Source: Bilabrum cf. latius
Lineage: Eukaryota
Direction: 5' to 3'
NCBI GenBank assembly: GCA_965178125.1
Contig: OZ237749.1
Coordinates: 620,001 to 684,000 of the forward strand
DNA length: 64,000 bases
Shown here: in pieces, positions 61,516 to 64,000 of the stretch
Layout: the number at the start of each line of letters is the position of its first letter
Position numbering within the stretch: position 1 is the stretch's first letter
The notes under the pieces: model-generated
Told to the model about the DNA's origin: nothing
Databases searched by the model: none
The model's input: only the letters and a program-made list of their open reading frames with translations
Program-made: the position numbers and the translations under genes

Positions 61516-64000
61516 ATGCAACCCACCATGATACCTGGCAGCCTTGTTCGTACCACTGTGGCCGCGAGGCCTCACGCCGGATACCGAAGCAGTGGCAGTA
61601 GCGGGGCCCCCCACTCCTTGGTGTGCCTGCGGTCCGCAAACACAATCACAGTGCCCACTGATTTTCGCCAAAGGCGTGCCCAAACCGGTTTATGTTACTC
61701 TCGGCTCTTCGGCGCTTCCGACCGGACAGGTCCAGCGAAGGGCTTTTTGCGACCAACACCGCACAGTTTGCAGTCATCATCTCTTGCGAGCTCCAAAGGT
61801 CCAGCGCAAGCCACAAATCATAGTGTAAGCGCTCATTAGACGCCCCTATGATATAGGGTTTGCAGGCAGGAGCCCTGCATGGCGATGGGGGCCACAATAC
61901 TCTGTTTGGAGGGACTGGACGGAGTTCGGGCGTTGGCAAACCGGCCATGTCTGCCTCCAAGGCAGCCTCTGTGGCCACGATGAACCCAAACGCTAAGAGG
62001 AGTCACTGGAACGATATGAGGTAAGAACAAAGATTGCCTTCGTCTCTCCTAAACGGAGTCGAACGGCCCCACGCCTTGGATATGACTTCTCACCGTGTTT
62101 GGGGTCGCCGATACTGCATCGCCCATTTCGCAGGGAGAGACAGAGGCACCTGTCCACGAGGTATCCTCTCCATGCAGCTGAATATTACAGTTTCAAGGCA
62201 GCTCACCTGTCAAAGCACAGGAAGCGCCGGCTGGACAGAGAGAAGACACGCAAACTGCTGCAGGGCCGTCGAGAGCAGCTGGTGTCTTAGCTGCCTTGCT
62301 CTGCCTTGCGGCACCCCAATAGCGCCCTTAGAATTACTATTGATGTTATTTTGGTCATTCTGACTCTATACAGTGGTGAGATAGCCATGTGCGATTTCCA
62401 CTGGCATGCCCCGATGGAGTAGCTGTTTAGCTTGTACCGCACGCTGCTGTTTAGTTTCAGTTGCCTTCCGACGCAGTCATGATGGTGCCTTATCAACTTG
62501 GCTTTGGCCTTGAGCCGCAGCCATGGGATTTTCTGTTCGTGCTAGAGGTCCTTATCGACATTACTTTCGGAGCCGATCTGACGCTGCAATTCTTCTCGTG
62601 GCGTGTCGCTCCCGTGTCTGGAGACACGCTCCTTGACTGCGGTTCGAACGCGAAGAACTATTTATGTTCTTGGTTCATTCTTGACCTATTGTCCACGGTT
62701 CCATTCGACAGGCTTGTGCTAGGCACGAGTGGCAGCACGGCGTTGCGAACGTTTCGGATTCTGCGTATAGTACGCCTCCTGAAGCTGCTAAAGCTTACCC
62801 GGCTCCTTAAGCTGCAGGACCGTGCGAAGCGGTTGGCCCGGATTGTAGGCGTCGGCCTGTACAATTCTGTCGGTGGGGTGTTCCAGCTCCTGTTTCTCAT
62901 TGGGTTTGCCACCCACATCATCGCTTGTCTTTTCCATGGGCTTACGCTCTTCACATTGTTCGGAGAGGTACCGGAGAGGGTGCTTCTCGAGGGAATTGCG
63001 GATGAGCCGGACCCCGATGCGCCAATGCCGGGTCTTTTCCGGGTCGGTGTGGACGGGTCCTCATCGGTGCTGAATGGCGGGGAGAGCTGGGCCACTCTGT
63101 ACGGGGAGACGAACGCAACGGACGCGCAGAGGTACGCGTCTGCCGTGTATTACACGGTAACTTCCCTGCTTAGCGTCGGCCCCGGCGACATTGTGTCGCA
63201 GAACGACACGGAGCGCTTCTTCTCTGTCATTCTGATGGTGCTGGGAGCCTGCCTGTTCGGCATCGTAGTGGCTGGAGTGAGCAAGGTGGTGGAGCAGATG
63301 TCCGCGTCGAGCCTCGCGTACCAGCGCAAAATGAACGAGGTGAACGAGTGGTCGAGCAGCAGGAAGCTGCCCACTCGCCTGCGCCAGCGGATCGGGCGCT
63401 TCTACCGGTACCTGCTGTCTCGCGTGAGCCTATTCTCCGAGGCTAGCATCTTGCAGGACCTGAGCACGTCGCTGAGAAATGAAGTGGTGGCGTGGTCCAA
63501 CGGAAAAATCGTGTACGCGATGGAGCCGTTCAGCGACGCGGACCCCACTCTGGTGACCCTGCTGGTCACCAGGATGCGGCCTTTGTTCCACATGCGGCAG
63601 GACGTGGTGTTTCGAGAGGAGGAGCAGGGCAGAGACGTGTTTTTTCTGGTGAGAGGGGCCGTGCAGCTGGTGGCTGCAGACCCTGGTGAAGCACCGCTGC
63701 AGTACTTGAGGAAGCAGGCGAGGAGGAAGAGGAGGGACGAGCTGCTGGACGTGCTCGGTTTCTTCAACTAGCGGGTGCACGGGTCTGCGGGCAAGCGAGA
63801 GGTCGAGGTGGCCGGGGCTGGGGGGACCGTGCGTGGTCGCGCCTCCGACAGATAGCTGCAGCTTCAGAACGGCGACAGAGCTGGCTCTAGCAGACCATTC
63901 GCGTTCGCGTCAGCTAGCAACTCGGAGTTCAGTGGCGACATCAGCGGCTCCATCCTCGACATCCAGCAGGCTCTCCTCGAGCGGGCACCGAAAAAGGCAA
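61516..64000 (+). CDS. Cyclic-nucleotide-binding-domain cation channel (EAG/HCN/CNG superfamily); runs off the window; 5' exons uncertain
   Basis: S1 LRHPNSALRITIDVILVILTLYSVMMVPY (intron 62375-62476), WFILDLLSTVPFD, S4 RILRIVRLLKLLKLTRL, pore SVGPGD, C-linker LPTRLRQRIGRFY, CNBD start VFREEEQGRDVFFLVRGAV. TAG at 62288, 63769, 63853. Confidence 0.85.

Noticed and set aside
1-64000. Suppressor tRNA-Gln(CUA) or eRF1 gene in the window
   Set aside because: No cloverleaf or T-loop context found by eye in the intergenic gaps; GGTTCGAA hits at 40472 and 62641 are inside CDSs. A tRNAscan-SE run is needed to be certain.

Overview
Gene-dense, GC-rich eukaryotic nuclear DNA with canonical GT-AG spliceosomal introns of about 90-310 nt. 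It is probably a flagellated protist; a stramenopile is my inference from the RPLP1/HDAC sequence style and the radial-spoke and basal-body genes. The main result is that the window does not use the standard genetic code. The ORF track is fragmented because TAG occurs in frame inside most genes (on the order of 100 times by manual reading). Consecutive fragments stay in one frame, and TAG sits at conserved Gln positions and alternates with CAG in Gln-rich tracts. All 22 complete genes I could delimit end in TGA (17) or TAA (5), and I found no internal TAA/TGA. The best reading is UAG=Gln with UAA/UGA as stops, the same assignment as NCBI table 15, which is a rare uncoupling of UAA and UAG. Under that code the window holds about 23 genes: mitochondrial uS5, a very large PRORP, arylsulfatase, PH protein, D-serine dehydratase-like enzyme, SK-like K+ channel, surface subtilisin, two SLC35 transporters, LRRCC1-like, RPLP1, GDPD, alpha/beta hydrolase, RIIa+EF-hand (RSP7-like), HDAC1, tetraspanin-like, metallothionein-like, a CNBD channel with a GPG filter, and several orphans. 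There is also a decayed trpB fragment inside a local duplication. I saw no tRNA, rRNA, CRISPR array or autonomous mobile element. All calls come from manual translation and motif recall, with no database searches.
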